This document shows positions 53,469-64,000 of a stretch of DNA of 64,000 nt, piece by piece (position 1 is the first letter of the stretch; each line of letters starts with the position of its first letter). The notes below the pieces were generated by a model. That model worked only from the letters and a program-made list of their open reading frames with translations, had not been told where the DNA came from and searched no databases. The DNA comes from Candidatus Nomurabacteria bacterium (GTDB lineage Bacteria; Patescibacteriota; Minisyncoccia; Phycocordibacterales; UBA9973): the NCBI GenBank assembly GCA_026395915.1, contig JAPLXU010000013.1:16428-80427 (forward strand), in the 5' to 3' direction. Position numbers and translations under genes: made by a program.

Positions 53469-53484
53469 AATTTGTGTTTTTCAT

Positions 53485-53513
53485 CAAAAAAGCCCTTTTG
53501 AAAGGGCTTTTTT
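53485..53513. terminator. Bidirectional intrinsic terminator
   Basis: aaaaaagccc-ttttgaaa-gggctttttt. Confidence 0.6.
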
Positions 53514-53557
53514 GATTGCATTTTGCCAGAAAAATGCTATAGTGTGAAGATAAATCT

Positions 53558-54802
53558 ATGGCTTCAATTCCAGACATAATGTTTTTTGTTGTGACTTTTT
53601 TGGCTATTTATATACAGATTTTTTTCCTTGTCACGTTTATGGACAATAGAAATAAACTGGTCACAAGACGGGGTCAAACAAAGTTGGCGAGTTATCCAGC
53701 AGTCACTGTTATTGTGCCTTGCTGGAACGAGGAAACAACCATATTTGCCACGATAAAATCTTTGCTTGCTCTGAATTACCCAAAAGATAAAGTAAATATT
53801 ATTTTAATTGACGACGGTTCGACGGACAACACATGGGAAGTTATTAAGAAATTTGTCGGACATTCTAATATAAAAATTTTCCACAAAGAAAATGGAGGAA
53901 AGCACACTGCGCTCAATTTTGGCCTTCTTCATACCAATACCGAATTCGTGGGTTGCTTGGACGCCGATTCGTTGGTTCATCCAGAATGCCTCGTTCGGAT
54001 TATGAGTTATTTTGAAGCGGATCGAGATACTATGGCTGTGGTTCCTTCAGTGGTTGTGTATAATCCAAAAAATATGATTCAGAAAGCTCAGGCTTTTGAA
54101 CATTTCATTACTGTTTTCATGAGAAAGATGCACGGGCTTCTGGGCGCTGTTTCTGTGCTTCCTGGACCGTTTTCAATATACAAAAAGAAAGTATTTGACG
54201 ATCTTGGTCCATATCGTCAGGCTTATAATGTGGAGGATACAGAGATGGCCTATCGTATGCAGAAGAATCATTACAAGATTGATGATTGCAATGACGCTTA
54301 TGTTTATACCAATATGCCGTCCACATTGGTGAAGCTTTACCGCCAAAGACTGCGCTGGATTTATGGAATTATAAATAACATTATTGACTATCGAGATGTT
54401 ATTTTCAAAAAAAAATATGGTGATTTTTCAATGATTATTATTCCTTCAGTTATTATCTTGATGTTTTCCGCGCTCTATATGTTTGGCATAGGGGTTTATC
54501 ATCTGCTCGATTTTATTATTTCAAAAATTATGAAGTTGGAAATAATCGGGTTTCATCTTTCAAATTACTTTAGTCATTTTGATATGTTTTTTGTGCCGGC
54601 TAGATTTTCTTTTATTATTATATTGCTTGTGTACTTTTTTATTGTATTAGTAAGCACGCTTGGAAGGAAAATGGTCGAAGACAAATGGGTAATTTCATTT
54701 GATGCCATTTACTTTTTTCTCATATTCAGTTTTTTCGCTCCGTTTTGGCTTATGAAAGCTGTTTATAATACCATTTTATCCAAGAAACCTGTGTGGAGAT
54801 AA
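53558..54802 (+). CDS. Family-2 processive beta-glycosyltransferase (PgaC/IcaA/NodC/cellulose-synthase-like)
   Basis: VTVIVPCWNEE...IILIDDGSTDNT, DAD, and Q(R)xRW motif QRLRWIYG. Several C-terminal TM helices. Confidence 0.75.
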   Translation: MASIPDIMFFVVTFLAIYIQIFFLVTFMDNRNKLVTRRGQTKLASYPAVTVIVPCWNEETTIFATIKSLLALNYPKDKVNIILIDDGSTDNTWEVIKKFVGHSNIKIFHKENGGKHTALNFGLLHTNTEFVGCLDADSLVHPECLVRIMSYFEADRDTMAVVPSVVVYNPKNMIQKAQAFEHFITVFMRKMHGLLGAVSVLPGPFSIYKKKVFDDLGPYRQAYNVEDTEMAYRMQKNHYKIDDCNDAYVYTNMPSTLVKLYRQRLRWIYGIINNIIDYRDVIFKKKYGDFSMIIIPSVIILMFSALYMFGIGVYHLLDFIISKIMKLEIIGFHLSNYFSHFDMFFVPARFSFIIILLVYFFIVLVSTLGRKMVEDKWVISFDAIYFFLIFSFFAPFWLMKAVYNTILSKKPVWR

Positions 54803-54808
54803 TTTTAT

Positions 54809-55495
54809 ATGATACAAAAACAAATTGATTGGAGAAAATATTTGATAGTTTTTTTAATCACCTTAGGCATATTTTTAACTGCCAGCTATGCAAGCAATTA
54901 TTTTAGTAATAGAAAAATCAACGAATTGAAATCGATTCAAGATAAGATAGCCATTGATATTCTTTCTTCGGAAACTCAATTTTCTTTGCTTACAGAATTA
55001 TCTTGTAAAAATATCTCTGATTCTGTATATTCTCCCGAACTTGGAGAATTGGGAAGTAAATTAGAATGGAGCAGAAATAATTTGGGGGTTACTCCCGAAG
55101 TGTCTTATCTAAGAAAATATTATTCGTTGTTGCAAATTAAAGATTATCTTTTGGCAAAAAAAATATCTGAACGTTGTGGAGTAAAATCATCTTTCATTCT
55201 TTATTTTTACATCGCGCAAGAAAATTGTAGCGAGTGCGAAAAAGAAAGCTTGGTGCTTTCAGATCTGCGTGACAAGTATCCAGAATTGCGCGTTTATTCC
55301 TTTGATTACACTACAAAATTAGGAGCAGTGGAGGCCATGCTTCAAATTTATAAAATAAAGGACACTGAACTTCCGGCGCTTGTCTTGGACGACGAAGTGT
55401 TGACTGGCTTTCATAGCGTGGAAGATCTTGACGCTCGTATTGTAAAATCTTTCAAGCTTCAAGAGAAGAAATCTATCAACAAAACGAACTCATAA
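54809..55495 (+). CDS. Hypothetical membrane-anchored protein with CxxC (thioredoxin-like?) motif
   Basis: N-terminal TM. NCSECE motif. No family I recognise with confidence. Confidence 0.3.
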   Translation: MIQKQIDWRKYLIVFLITLGIFLTASYASNYFSNRKINELKSIQDKIAIDILSSETQFSLLTELSCKNISDSVYSPELGELGSKLEWSRNNLGVTPEVSYLRKYYSLLQIKDYLLAKKISERCGVKSSFILYFYIAQENCSECEKESLVLSDLRDKYPELRVYSFDYTTKLGAVEAMLQIYKIKDTELPALVLDDEVLTGFHSVEDLDARIVKSFKLQEKKSINKTNS

Positions 55496-55496
55496 T

Positions 55497-55955
55497 ATGG
55501 TCTCAAAAAAAGTTAAGAAGAATAAAATAGGTTTTACTGCTGGAAGTTTTGATCTGTTGCATGCGGGGCACATTCTTATGTTAAAAGAATGTAAGACGCA
55601 GTGCGACTATTTGATTGTCGGATTGCAGACAGATCCTAGCTCGGATAGACCTGAGAAAAATAAACCGATTGAAACTTTAAAAGAAAGGATGATCCGATTG
55701 CAAGGATGCAGATATGTAGATAAAATTGTAATTTATGACACAGAAAGAGACTTATACGATATTTTAAAGAGATTAAAACCCAATGTCCGTTTTATGGGGG
55801 CAGATTGGAAAGGCAGGCCTAATTATTCGAGAGATTTGTTGCCTAATATAAGAGTTATCTATAACAGTCGGGATCATTCTTATTCGTCTTCATCACTCAG
55901 AAAACATATTTATGAAGCGGAGATGGTTTTAATTTACAAGAACAAAAAACACTAA
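55497..55955 (+). CDS. Cytidylyltransferase-like nucleotidyltransferase (TagD / RfaE domain II-like)
   Basis: HxGH-type motif GSFDLLHAGH. 152 aa. Confidence 0.65.
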   Translation: MVSKKVKKNKIGFTAGSFDLLHAGHILMLKECKTQCDYLIVGLQTDPSSDRPEKNKPIETLKERMIRLQGCRYVDKIVIYDTERDLYDILKRLKPNVRFMGADWKGRPNYSRDLLPNIRVIYNSRDHSYSSSSLRKHIYEAEMVLIYKNKKH

Positions 55956-55958
55956 GTT

Positions 55959-56819
55959 TTAAGGAAGGCTGTGTATCACTTCGCAGGCGTAAGCTTGTGG
56001 CATGAAGATTCTACATCTATCTTTGGAGAATTTTTCGTCGATAATTCCAATATTACTATCAAGAGACAAAAAAGCTCTTACTTGCGATTTATATTTTTCA
56101 ATGGCAACAATTTTTTCTGAAAGCATCGGCTCGCTTAATTCAATTGGATTTTCTTGAAATTTAACATTTTCTTTTTTTTCTAAATATGTGTTTAAGTCGC
56201 CAAGGCTAGAAGTTGTAAACTGCTTAATGTAGGGAAAATCTTCATAAATAAAAAAATGCGCATTTTGTGTTTTGTATTTTTTAAAGACATCCATAAACGC
56301 ATCGTGAATTATTTGATGGTCGGGATGTGTAATGGCCGCGCCAAAAGTAGCTGGTCCGTATATTAAAAGTTCTCGATTCTGATAAGTTTTTATTAGGTTT
56401 TCAATATCTTTTGAAATTTTTTCTTCGATTTCTTTGTCTTTATTCTTTTCTCGATATTGAGAATCAAGGTGGTCGTAATTTTTTATGATTACCTTAAAAG
56501 GTGATAAAGCATTTTCGTTTTCTTTCGTTCTGGCAAGCATTGCTTCGTCGCTATCTTTAAATCCGGAAATTTTATCCCAATAAGTATGCATAATTTCTGT
56601 TGGCTTTTTTGTGAAAAATGTCGCCACCAAAATATTAGTTTCTTTTTTTGCTATAAGTCCGCCGAGAGACAAAACCGCATCGTCAAGGTGAGGGGACAGG
56701 ATGATGGTAAACGGTGTCGTGGTATTTTGCTCAGTCGGAAATTTTAATGATTCTGTAAAATAAACTAGACTCCCAGCGAGCAGAACAAAAAAAATTATTA
56801 TTAGAAAATTCTTTTTCAT
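55959..56819 (-). CDS. PIG-L/LmbE-family N-deacetylase
   Basis: LSPHLDDAVLSLGG and ITHPDHQIIHDAF motifs. N-terminal signal anchor. Confidence 0.65.
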   Translation of the reverse strand: MKKNFLIIIFFVLLAGSLVYFTESLKFPTEQNTTTPFTIILSPHLDDAVLSLGGLIAKKETNILVATFFTKKPTEIMHTYWDKISGFKDSDEAMLARTKENENALSPFKVIIKNYDHLDSQYREKNKDKEIEEKISKDIENLIKTYQNRELLIYGPATFGAAITHPDHQIIHDAFMDVFKKYKTQNAHFFIYEDFPYIKQFTTSSLGDLNTYLEKKENVKFQENPIELSEPMLSEKIVAIEKYKSQVRAFLSLDSNIGIIDEKFSKDRCRIFMPQAYACEVIHSLP

Positions 56820-56834
56820 ATTTCTTAAATATCT

Positions 56835-58997
56835 TTACGATTTCAATTTATCTAAAGGTATTGGATCTGAAATAAAGAATTTAAAATGAAATCCTTTATA
56901 AATATCACATTCACCTAATCCATTCTTTTGATCTATCGGACACTCTTCTAATGGAACACGATCAATACCCAAAGAAGCTTCCACGAGATAAAAATTATTA
57001 TTGACAAGATAAAATTGCACTGTTTGTTGTCCATTCTTCTCAAAAATAGCAGGTGCATACCAACGATTGGTCAGTTCATCAAACACATCCCAACCCACAG
57101 GATCGAAATGATGATATATTGATTGTATATATTCATGTCCCCAAATATATTCACGTCTTAAAAGATCAGTTGATATATTTTCGATGAAACGATCAAGGTC
57201 ATCTTGGGCAACACTTGCAGAATGAATAGGTGTTTGAGCAGATGTATAAATAATAGATCCGGCAACTTGAGACCCAGATACGTAAACGGTATGGTCCTTT
57301 GCAATAGATTTATCAAAACCTTTTTTAGTGCCGACGAATACCAATTTAGGCATCGAACTAATTTTAACTAGTGGAGATAATACAAATTGAGTATTTTTTG
57401 TGTCAAAAGATTCTTCAAACCAAAATCTGATTGTACTACTATCTATAGGTTTTCTATCTGAAATTTTTGCCGCACTAGTCTCTATCGCAGATATACCTAG
57501 TAGCCCAAGTCTTGAGAAATCTTTTCGTGCTTGTTCATAATGTTCTCCGTCGAATAAACCGTAGCACTCATCTTGTGCAGTGCCTCGCTCTTTACCATCA
57601 TGACATGTTGTCAGAAATGAAGTGATAACTTCAGCAGAAGGTTTGTAATCCTTAAAAAGAGGCAACAGACCATATACAAGTTTAGAATAACCACCCTCAA
57701 ACGCATAGTCCATTGCTGATAAGCCACTACTATCTTTGCTGTGGACATTTACGCCGAGCTTAACAAAATCAGTCGCGTAAGAATTTTCTACAGCTTGACC
57801 ATTTTTACTTCCTAAGGCTGAGTCAAGAATATACGATAAATAATTTTTTCCCGTTAGGTCTACACTATTCGGATTGACACCAATTGAAGACAGCCAATAA
57901 AGTATATCGGGGGTTTTGATCGGAACACCATATTTATCGTAGCCAGTAATAATATGCGCATTGAACCAGAGAGGTGTTCCATCTGCGTCTAACTCATTAA
58001 TAGTTTTTTTATCGAGACATTGTCCAATAATTACGGCATCTTTTCCATTATTGTCATCAGAACCATAATAACTCCCTTTCTTGATGGCATTAAAAGAAGC
58101 ACTGCACATAGAAGTCCACGCTTGAGTGCTGATGTATGGTAAAAGACATACAGCTCTTCGCGCCAGATTTTTAATTCCATTACAAGTTGCCGCTTTATCA
58201 TCTAATGAAATCGAAGATTGAGTGTCTTGTGCTAAGAGTTGAGCTTGGTGTGTGACACATTCCTGATAAGGATTTCCATTATAATCGGGCGCATTTTCAA
58301 AGAAACCACTCAAAATATCCTCTCTTGTAGATAACGGTATAAGTTCACAATGAGCATAATATTCTTTTTCTGTCTGTGAATCACGTAGGCATCTTATTCC
58401 TGCTCCTGGCGTATTAAAAAAATCGGGATCAAAAGATTTTCCAGGCATTAATGAACAGAATCTAGGCTGACGAAATAAAGTGGCTAAAATTTTAGGAAAA
58501 TTATTTATTGTAGGAATAGTCACAGTGCCATAGAGCGGTCCCCATGGTCCAAATAAAGCAAAAAGAAAAACGAGGACGCTTGTGACTGTTGCAAACTGTA
58601 AAAATAAACGAGATTTAGTTGGGGATACATCCGCTTCAGATGCTTTGATAGCATATATAATTCTGGTTCGAATATAAATAAAGCCAGCAACACAAGCTAA
58701 AAAAGTTGGCGCAATTGCGTAAAAATAAATAAGTTTATCTCCATAAGAGAATGCTAAAATTCCTAAAAGTTGCGCTATTTCTGGAGCGAGCAAGCGTGCG
58801 ACTAAGAATAATAAAAGACTAGCTAAGATTGAAAATAGTTTGCTTAGGATTAAAAAAACAACTGCTCCGACAGTAAACGCGAGGACTTTATTTTTGCAAA
58901 GTTTCCATAAATACCGACGAAGGAAAACCAACATTAGAAATGCTACGATTAGTGACAAAACAAAAACAAGAAGGGGGAAAAAAATGATAACAATCAT
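56835..58997 (-). CDS. Large polytopic membrane protein with ankyrin-like repeats in its soluble domain (unknown function)
   Basis: About 6 N-terminal TM helices. DLTGKNYLSYILDSALGSKNGQ...LGVNVHSKDSSGLSAMDYAFEGGYSKLVYGLL resembles two ANK repeats. Confidence 0.35.
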   Translation of the reverse strand: MIVIIFFPLLVFVLSLIVAFLMLVFLRRYLWKLCKNKVLAFTVGAVVFLILSKLFSILASLLLFLVARLLAPEIAQLLGILAFSYGDKLIYFYAIAPTFLACVAGFIYIRTRIIYAIKASEADVSPTKSRLFLQFATVTSVLVFLFALFGPWGPLYGTVTIPTINNFPKILATLFRQPRFCSLMPGKSFDPDFFNTPGAGIRCLRDSQTEKEYYAHCELIPLSTREDILSGFFENAPDYNGNPYQECVTHQAQLLAQDTQSSISLDDKAATCNGIKNLARRAVCLLPYISTQAWTSMCSASFNAIKKGSYYGSDDNNGKDAVIIGQCLDKKTINELDADGTPLWFNAHIITGYDKYGVPIKTPDILYWLSSIGVNPNSVDLTGKNYLSYILDSALGSKNGQAVENSYATDFVKLGVNVHSKDSSGLSAMDYAFEGGYSKLVYGLLPLFKDYKPSAEVITSFLTTCHDGKERGTAQDECYGLFDGEHYEQARKDFSRLGLLGISAIETSAAKISDRKPIDSSTIRFWFEESFDTKNTQFVLSPLVKISSMPKLVFVGTKKGFDKSIAKDHTVYVSGSQVAGSIIYTSAQTPIHSASVAQDDLDRFIENISTDLLRREYIWGHEYIQSIYHHFDPVGWDVFDELTNRWYAPAIFEKNGQQTVQFYLVNNNFYLVEASLGIDRVPLEECPIDQKNGLGECDIYKGFHFKFFISDPIPLDKLKS

Positions 58998-59061
58998 TTG
59001 AACTCAAGTATATCATATTTTATGTAAGAATTGGTACACAAATAGATATAACTTGTTCTTG

Positions 59062-59134
59062 AGCCGCCTCTCGGATTTGAACCGAGGACCTTCGCTTTAC
59101 AAAAGCGTTGCTCTACCAACTGAGCTAAGGCGGC
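59062..59134 (-). tRNA. tRNA-Thr (anticodon UGU)
   Basis: The reverse complement folds: acceptor GCCGCCT/AGGCGGC, D-arm GCTC-AGTTGGTA-GAGC, anticodon loop TTTGTAA, T-arm CTCGG-TTCAAAT-CCGAG. Confidence 0.8.
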
Positions 59135-59158
59135 TTTTAAAACACACTACCATATTAT

Positions 59159-59581
59159 TTACAAATCTTCTTCTTTTTTGATTTTGTGCTTGATTTCTCT
59201 GATCTTGTGTTTGTAATCGCCAATGATTTTTAAAAACTTTGAAATCTCTCTTTTTTCGTCATCTATATGATTTTCCCTACTTCTGTTTTTTATTTTGATT
59301 TTTATTTCTTCGTATTTATTTTTGAAAAAACTTGTTCCACGGACATAATATCTGACTATCGCCACCAGAAGAGCGTATCCATGTTTTTTAACATTCGCCA
59401 CTGTTACATGCCTGATTTCCTTCAAATATGGAAATTCAAGCAAAACGTTTTCTTGATTCGAGATTTGTTCGTGATCCAAAAAGACCAATTTTCTGCCTAT
59501 CATAATGATGATGGAGACTAGCGACGCGAAGAATAAAGTTAAAAGAAAATACATCATCATATCGTTTTTTATATTGAGCAA
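59159..59581 (-). CDS. Hypothetical membrane protein
   Basis: N-terminal TM, Lys/Glu-rich C-terminus. Overlaps the tsf end by 13 nt. No family I recognise. Confidence 0.3.
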   Translation of the reverse strand: MLNIKNDMMMYFLLTLFFASLVSIIIMIGRKLVFLDHEQISNQENVLLEFPYLKEIRHVTVANVKKHGYALLVAIVRYYVRGTSFFKNKYEEIKIKIKNRSRENHIDDEKREISKFLKIIGDYKHKIREIKHKIKKEEDL

Positions 59582-60348
59582 CGTTTTACTTCTTTGATTT
59601 TTGCGCCTGCTTTTTCTAACAATTTGCTTACCGTCATTTCTCCGTTTTTTATGAATGCTTGCTCGAGCAATGTTTTTTCTTTGAAGTAAGTGCTTATTTT
59701 TCCATCAAGCATTTTTTTCTTTATATTTTCTGGTTTGTTTACATTTGCAATTTCTTTTTCGAAAATTTCTATCATTGTTTTTTTAGCTTCTTCGCTGATT
59801 TCAGCGCTTGTGATATATTCCGGTTTCATTGCAGTGATATGCATAGCTACATCTTTTGCAAGTTCTGAGCTACCTTTTTCTAAAGATACAATCACGCCAG
59901 TTTTGTTATTGTGCACATAATAGCCGAGAACGTCTCCACGCATTTCATAAACTTCTCCAAGCTGAATATTCTCTCCAGTTTTTTGAATTATAGGATCTAC
60001 CAAGTCCTTTGCCTCTTTCTTCATTTTTTCTATTCCATCTTTGAAAGTGATGTCTACCAATTTCTTAAGCAGGTTTGTAAAATCTTCATTTCTTGACACA
60101 AAATCTGTTTCGCAATGAAGAGATACGAGAACAATTTTCTTGCCTTCCGCTTTGACCATTACTGCGCCATCTTTGACTTCACGACTGACTTTCTTGAGCG
60201 CGATGTCGGAGCTTGTCTTTCTTAAAATAGCCAAGGCTTTTTTCATGTCGCCTTCAGCCTCTTCGAGTGCTCGTTTGCACTGCATCACAGAAATGCCCGT
60301 AGCATTTCTAAGTTCCTTTATTAACTCAGTTGTTATTTCTTGTGCCAT
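59569..60348 (-). CDS. tsf: Elongation factor Ts
   Basis: N-terminal UBA-like ITTELIKELRNATGISVMQCKRALEEAEGDMKKA. 259 aa. Confidence 0.9.
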   Translation of the reverse strand: MAQEITTELIKELRNATGISVMQCKRALEEAEGDMKKALAILRKTSSDIALKKVSREVKDGAVMVKAEGKKIVLVSLHCETDFVSRNEDFTNLLKKLVDITFKDGIEKMKKEAKDLVDPIIQKTGENIQLGEVYEMRGDVLGYYVHNNKTGVIVSLEKGSSELAKDVAMHITAMKPEYITSAEISEEAKKTMIEIFEKEIANVNKPENIKKKMLDGKISTYFKEKTLLEQAFIKNGEMTVSKLLEKAGAKIKEVKRCSI

Positions 60349-60352
60349 ATAT

Positions 60353-61081
60353 TTATTTTGTTATAGTTGGCGCGACAGGAGCGTTTGTTTTATAAGCGGT
60401 CGCGATAGCTCCAGCGAAAAACTTTATAGAAGGAATACTGGAATCGTTGCCGATGATAGGATAGGCGATGTCTTTGATATTTGAATCAGAATTCATCAAA
60501 GAAATTACGGGCACATCTTTGCTTTTTGCTTCAGTCGCGGCGATATGTTCAGCCCTTGCGTCTATGATAAATAGCGCGTCAGGAGCTTTCTTCAAACCTA
60601 CGAGTCCGGAATAATATCTTTCAAGTTTCTCCATTTTTTTCGCCATGACCACTCGTTCTTTTTTGGTGTACTTATCGAGTCCGCCTTCGGCGCTATCTTT
60701 GCGATAATTTTCAAGCTCGTTGATTCTCTTTTTTATTTCTGTGAAATTGCTCAAGGTGCCTCCGATCCAGCGTTCACTCACATACGGCATATTCAAAGAT
60801 TCTGCCGTGTTCTTGGTCACATTTTTAGCCTCGGGTTTTGTGCCGACAAAAAGAATAACTCCATTTTTCGCGCTTAAATTTTTCACAAATTCTACTGCTT
60901 TATCTAGCATAATGCTTGTCTTTTCAAGGTCTATAATGTCTCCTTTGTTCTTGGTGGCAAATATGTATTTTGACACAGAAGGATGTCTGCGAGTTTTTGA
61001 GTACCCGTAATGCGCTCCGACTCGGAACATCTTTTCTACGACTGTATCGGAATTTTCTTTGATTTCTTTTGTTTTTTGCAT
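60353..61081 (-). CDS. rpsB: 30S ribosomal protein S2
   Basis: MFRVGAHYGYSKTRRHPSVSKYIF.. S2 core. Start placed at the internal ATG (61081), because the listed ORF start 61159 overlaps the upstream gene. Confidence 0.85.
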   Translation of the reverse strand: MQKTKEIKENSDTVVEKMFRVGAHYGYSKTRRHPSVSKYIFATKNKGDIIDLEKTSIMLDKAVEFVKNLSAKNGVILFVGTKPEAKNVTKNTAESLNMPYVSERWIGGTLSNFTEIKKRINELENYRKDSAEGGLDKYTKKERVVMAKKMEKLERYYSGLVGLKKAPDALFIIDARAEHIAATEAKSKDVPVISLMNSDSNIKDIAYPIIGNDSSIPSIKFFAGAIATAYKTNAPVAPTITK

Positions 61082-61136
61082 GTGAATAATATAGCAGAAA
61101 GAATTGATTTTTGCAAACTTAGACAGCTTTGTATAA

Positions 61137-61715
61137 TTATTGTCTAACTCTTCCAACATTTATAAACAAGTCAGTGATTTTATCATTAGATATTTTATAC
61201 CCAACTGATGCTTTATTTTGTTGTGAAATATCAGATTCAACCCCAATTAATAATTCATCAAAATATAATTTTGGGGAACTTTTTATCAATCGTCGATCTG
61301 GATATTGAGAAGCGATGTAAGCCATATATTCTTTTACTACGGCGTTATTTTGATTAAAGGTAAATATAAGCCCCTTGATTCTTTTTAATTCTTGTATGGC
61401 GCGACTTGTAGAAACTTCACCACAACATGAAGATCCTTCAAGCACTACATATACTTTATCTGCAAAATATTTACTAGCATTACTGAAATCTGACTTATTT
61501 ATTGCTTCTTCAAATGCTACAATGTGTTCAGCAATAGTCACTTGTTGTGTTGGGATTGGTTGATTTTGATTATTTGTCTGTTGCGTTCCAGTATCAACGA
61601 TTGGAGGAGTTTCTGCTTTTTTATTTTCATAAATATAGACACCGCCACCTATCACTAATAATCCTATTATTACTAAAAGCACTGGCACAATGAAACCTTT
61701 TTGTAAGTTTTTCAT
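61137..61715 (-). CDS. Hypothetical membrane-anchored protein
   Basis: N-terminal TM (IVPVLLVIIGLLVIGGGVYI). Gln/Thr-rich linker. Globular C-terminus. No family recognised. Confidence 0.3.
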   Translation of the reverse strand: MKNLQKGFIVPVLLVIIGLLVIGGGVYIYENKKAETPPIVDTGTQQTNNQNQPIPTQQVTIAEHIVAFEEAINKSDFSNASKYFADKVYVVLEGSSCCGEVSTSRAIQELKRIKGLIFTFNQNNAVVKEYMAYIASQYPDRRLIKSSPKLYFDELLIGVESDISQQNKASVGYKISNDKITDLFINVGRVRQ

Positions 61716-61767
61716 ATAGAAATTATATCACAAAGCCAAAAAAGTTATTCACAATAAAAATTTTTAC

Positions 61768-62499
61768 AAACCTGCAAGGCAAGACCTTGCAGGTTTAGTC
61801 ATTAAAACTTAACCATTCAAAAATTTCTCTTTGGAATGATTTGCTATCTGAAAAATACTCTGGAAAAGATTTGATGTCTAATATTTTATTTTGAATTCTT
61901 TTTATTCCCAAATAATCAAGATAGCTTGAGTATTTATAATTTTGCAAATATTCCAGAGTTTCTTTTTTATTTTTAATTCCAACTTCTTTCCAATCTTTTT
62001 GTATTAGTTTGATAGGATTCAAATGAATATAGGAAAATAAATATTTTAAGTGGCGGTCATCTTTTGCGTGTTCTGATTTAAATTTACCTTCAAAAAGTCC
62101 GCCAGTTCTTTTATATTTTTTATTGTAATACATTGCGTAAGCAGTTGTAAGTTTTTGCATAAATTTACTGATACCATTTTCTTCTTTTTGAGTTATTAGA
62201 ATATGAAAATGATTAGACATAATACAATAAGACCCGATGGACGCAATTTGTTTTCCTCTTCCAAAATCATATGGGCTTTCTCCTTTTGAAAGGATACCTG
62301 CTCTAAAATTATTAATAGAGTTACAAGCAAATAAAAGACCCATGAAATGGAAATAATCTTCATTGTCGTGAAAAATTTTCTGTTTACTATTTCCGCGATT
62401 ATAAATATGGTAATACTCGTCACTGATCAAATTTACTTTTCTTAAAGACATGTATATATTATATACTTGAAAATCTGCAAGGCAAGACCTTGCAGATTT
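61768..62499. mobile_element. IS200/IS605-like minimal element #2 with distinct subterminal hairpins
   Basis: aaacctgcaagg-caaga-ccttgcaggttt (61768-61796) and aaatctgcaagg-caaga-ccttgcagattt (62471-62499) flank the transposase gene in the same orientation. Confidence 0.6.
61795..62451 (-). CDS. tnpA: IS200/IS605-family HUH-Y1 transposase (RAYT-like TnpA), paralog 2
   Basis: HuH SNHFHILI. Tyr region YLFSYIHLNP. Overall similarity to 27972-28607 (…YYH(L/I)YNRG…YC(L/I)M(P/S)NHFHIL…). Confidence 0.7.
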   Translation of the reverse strand: MSLRKVNLISDEYYHIYNRGNSKQKIFHDNEDYFHFMGLLFACNSINNFRAGILSKGESPYDFGRGKQIASIGSYCIMSNHFHILITQKEENGISKFMQKLTTAYAMYYNKKYKRTGGLFEGKFKSEHAKDDRHLKYLFSYIHLNPIKLIQKDWKEVGIKNKKETLEYLQNYKYSSYLDYLGIKRIQNKILDIKSFPEYFSDSKSFQREIFEWLSFND

Positions 62500-62536
62500 C
62501 TTTGACCAAAAGACTTTTTTCGGTTAAGATTGCATT

Positions 62537-64000
<1,464 letters not shown>

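Noticed and set aside
61082-61159. Longer rpsB start at 61159 as listed in the ORF track
   Set aside because: It would overlap the upstream hypothetical gene by 23 nt and add a non-conserved 26-aa extension. S2 homology begins at the internal Met (61081).

Overview
This window looks like a low-GC (about 35-40%) CPR/Patescibacteria-like chromosome segment. Most genes are housekeeping and lie on the + strand. They include a pilD plus minor-pilin cluster, ligA, tRNA-Ser and tRNA-Thr, prfB, a helicase-nuclease, pheS/pheT, gyrB, udg, thrS, rpmF, a nusB-NUDIX fusion, rnc, an SMC-like ATPase, capA, rnr, rpsP, a KH protein, trmD, rpoB/rpoC, dnaG-rpoD, tsf, rpsB, proS and mreB. Accessory and unusual content is spread between them. 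The main items are: (a) a (GA)10 dinucleotide repeat inside the 5' end of a 1050-aa surface-protein gene, whose arithmetic fits a phase-variable switch; (b) a roughly 100-bp palindromic element inserted in frame in the ligA zinc finger; (c) two IS200-like minimal elements with HUH-Y1 transposase genes, each flanked by its own hairpins; (d) two tandem paralogous Cys-rich proteins of about 570 aa with symmetric zinc-ribbon and CxxC-repeat architecture; (e) two tandem secreted proteins built from repeated 'WKTYTNEKYGF..KYP' modules; (f) two orphan MazF/PemK-like genes inserted after pheS and after rpoC, each followed by a GC-rich hairpin repeat family; (g) a Bro-N/DinD-like gene between rpoB and rpoC; (h) a MntA/HepT toxin-antitoxin pair; (i) a GT2 / LmbE-like deacetylase / cytidylyltransferase envelope-polysaccharide module; (j) a GC-richer region upstream of gyrB that is either an 80-aa ORF or a structured RNA. 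No CRISPR array and no rRNA were seen. All coordinates, motifs and frame arithmetic were read by eye without tools.
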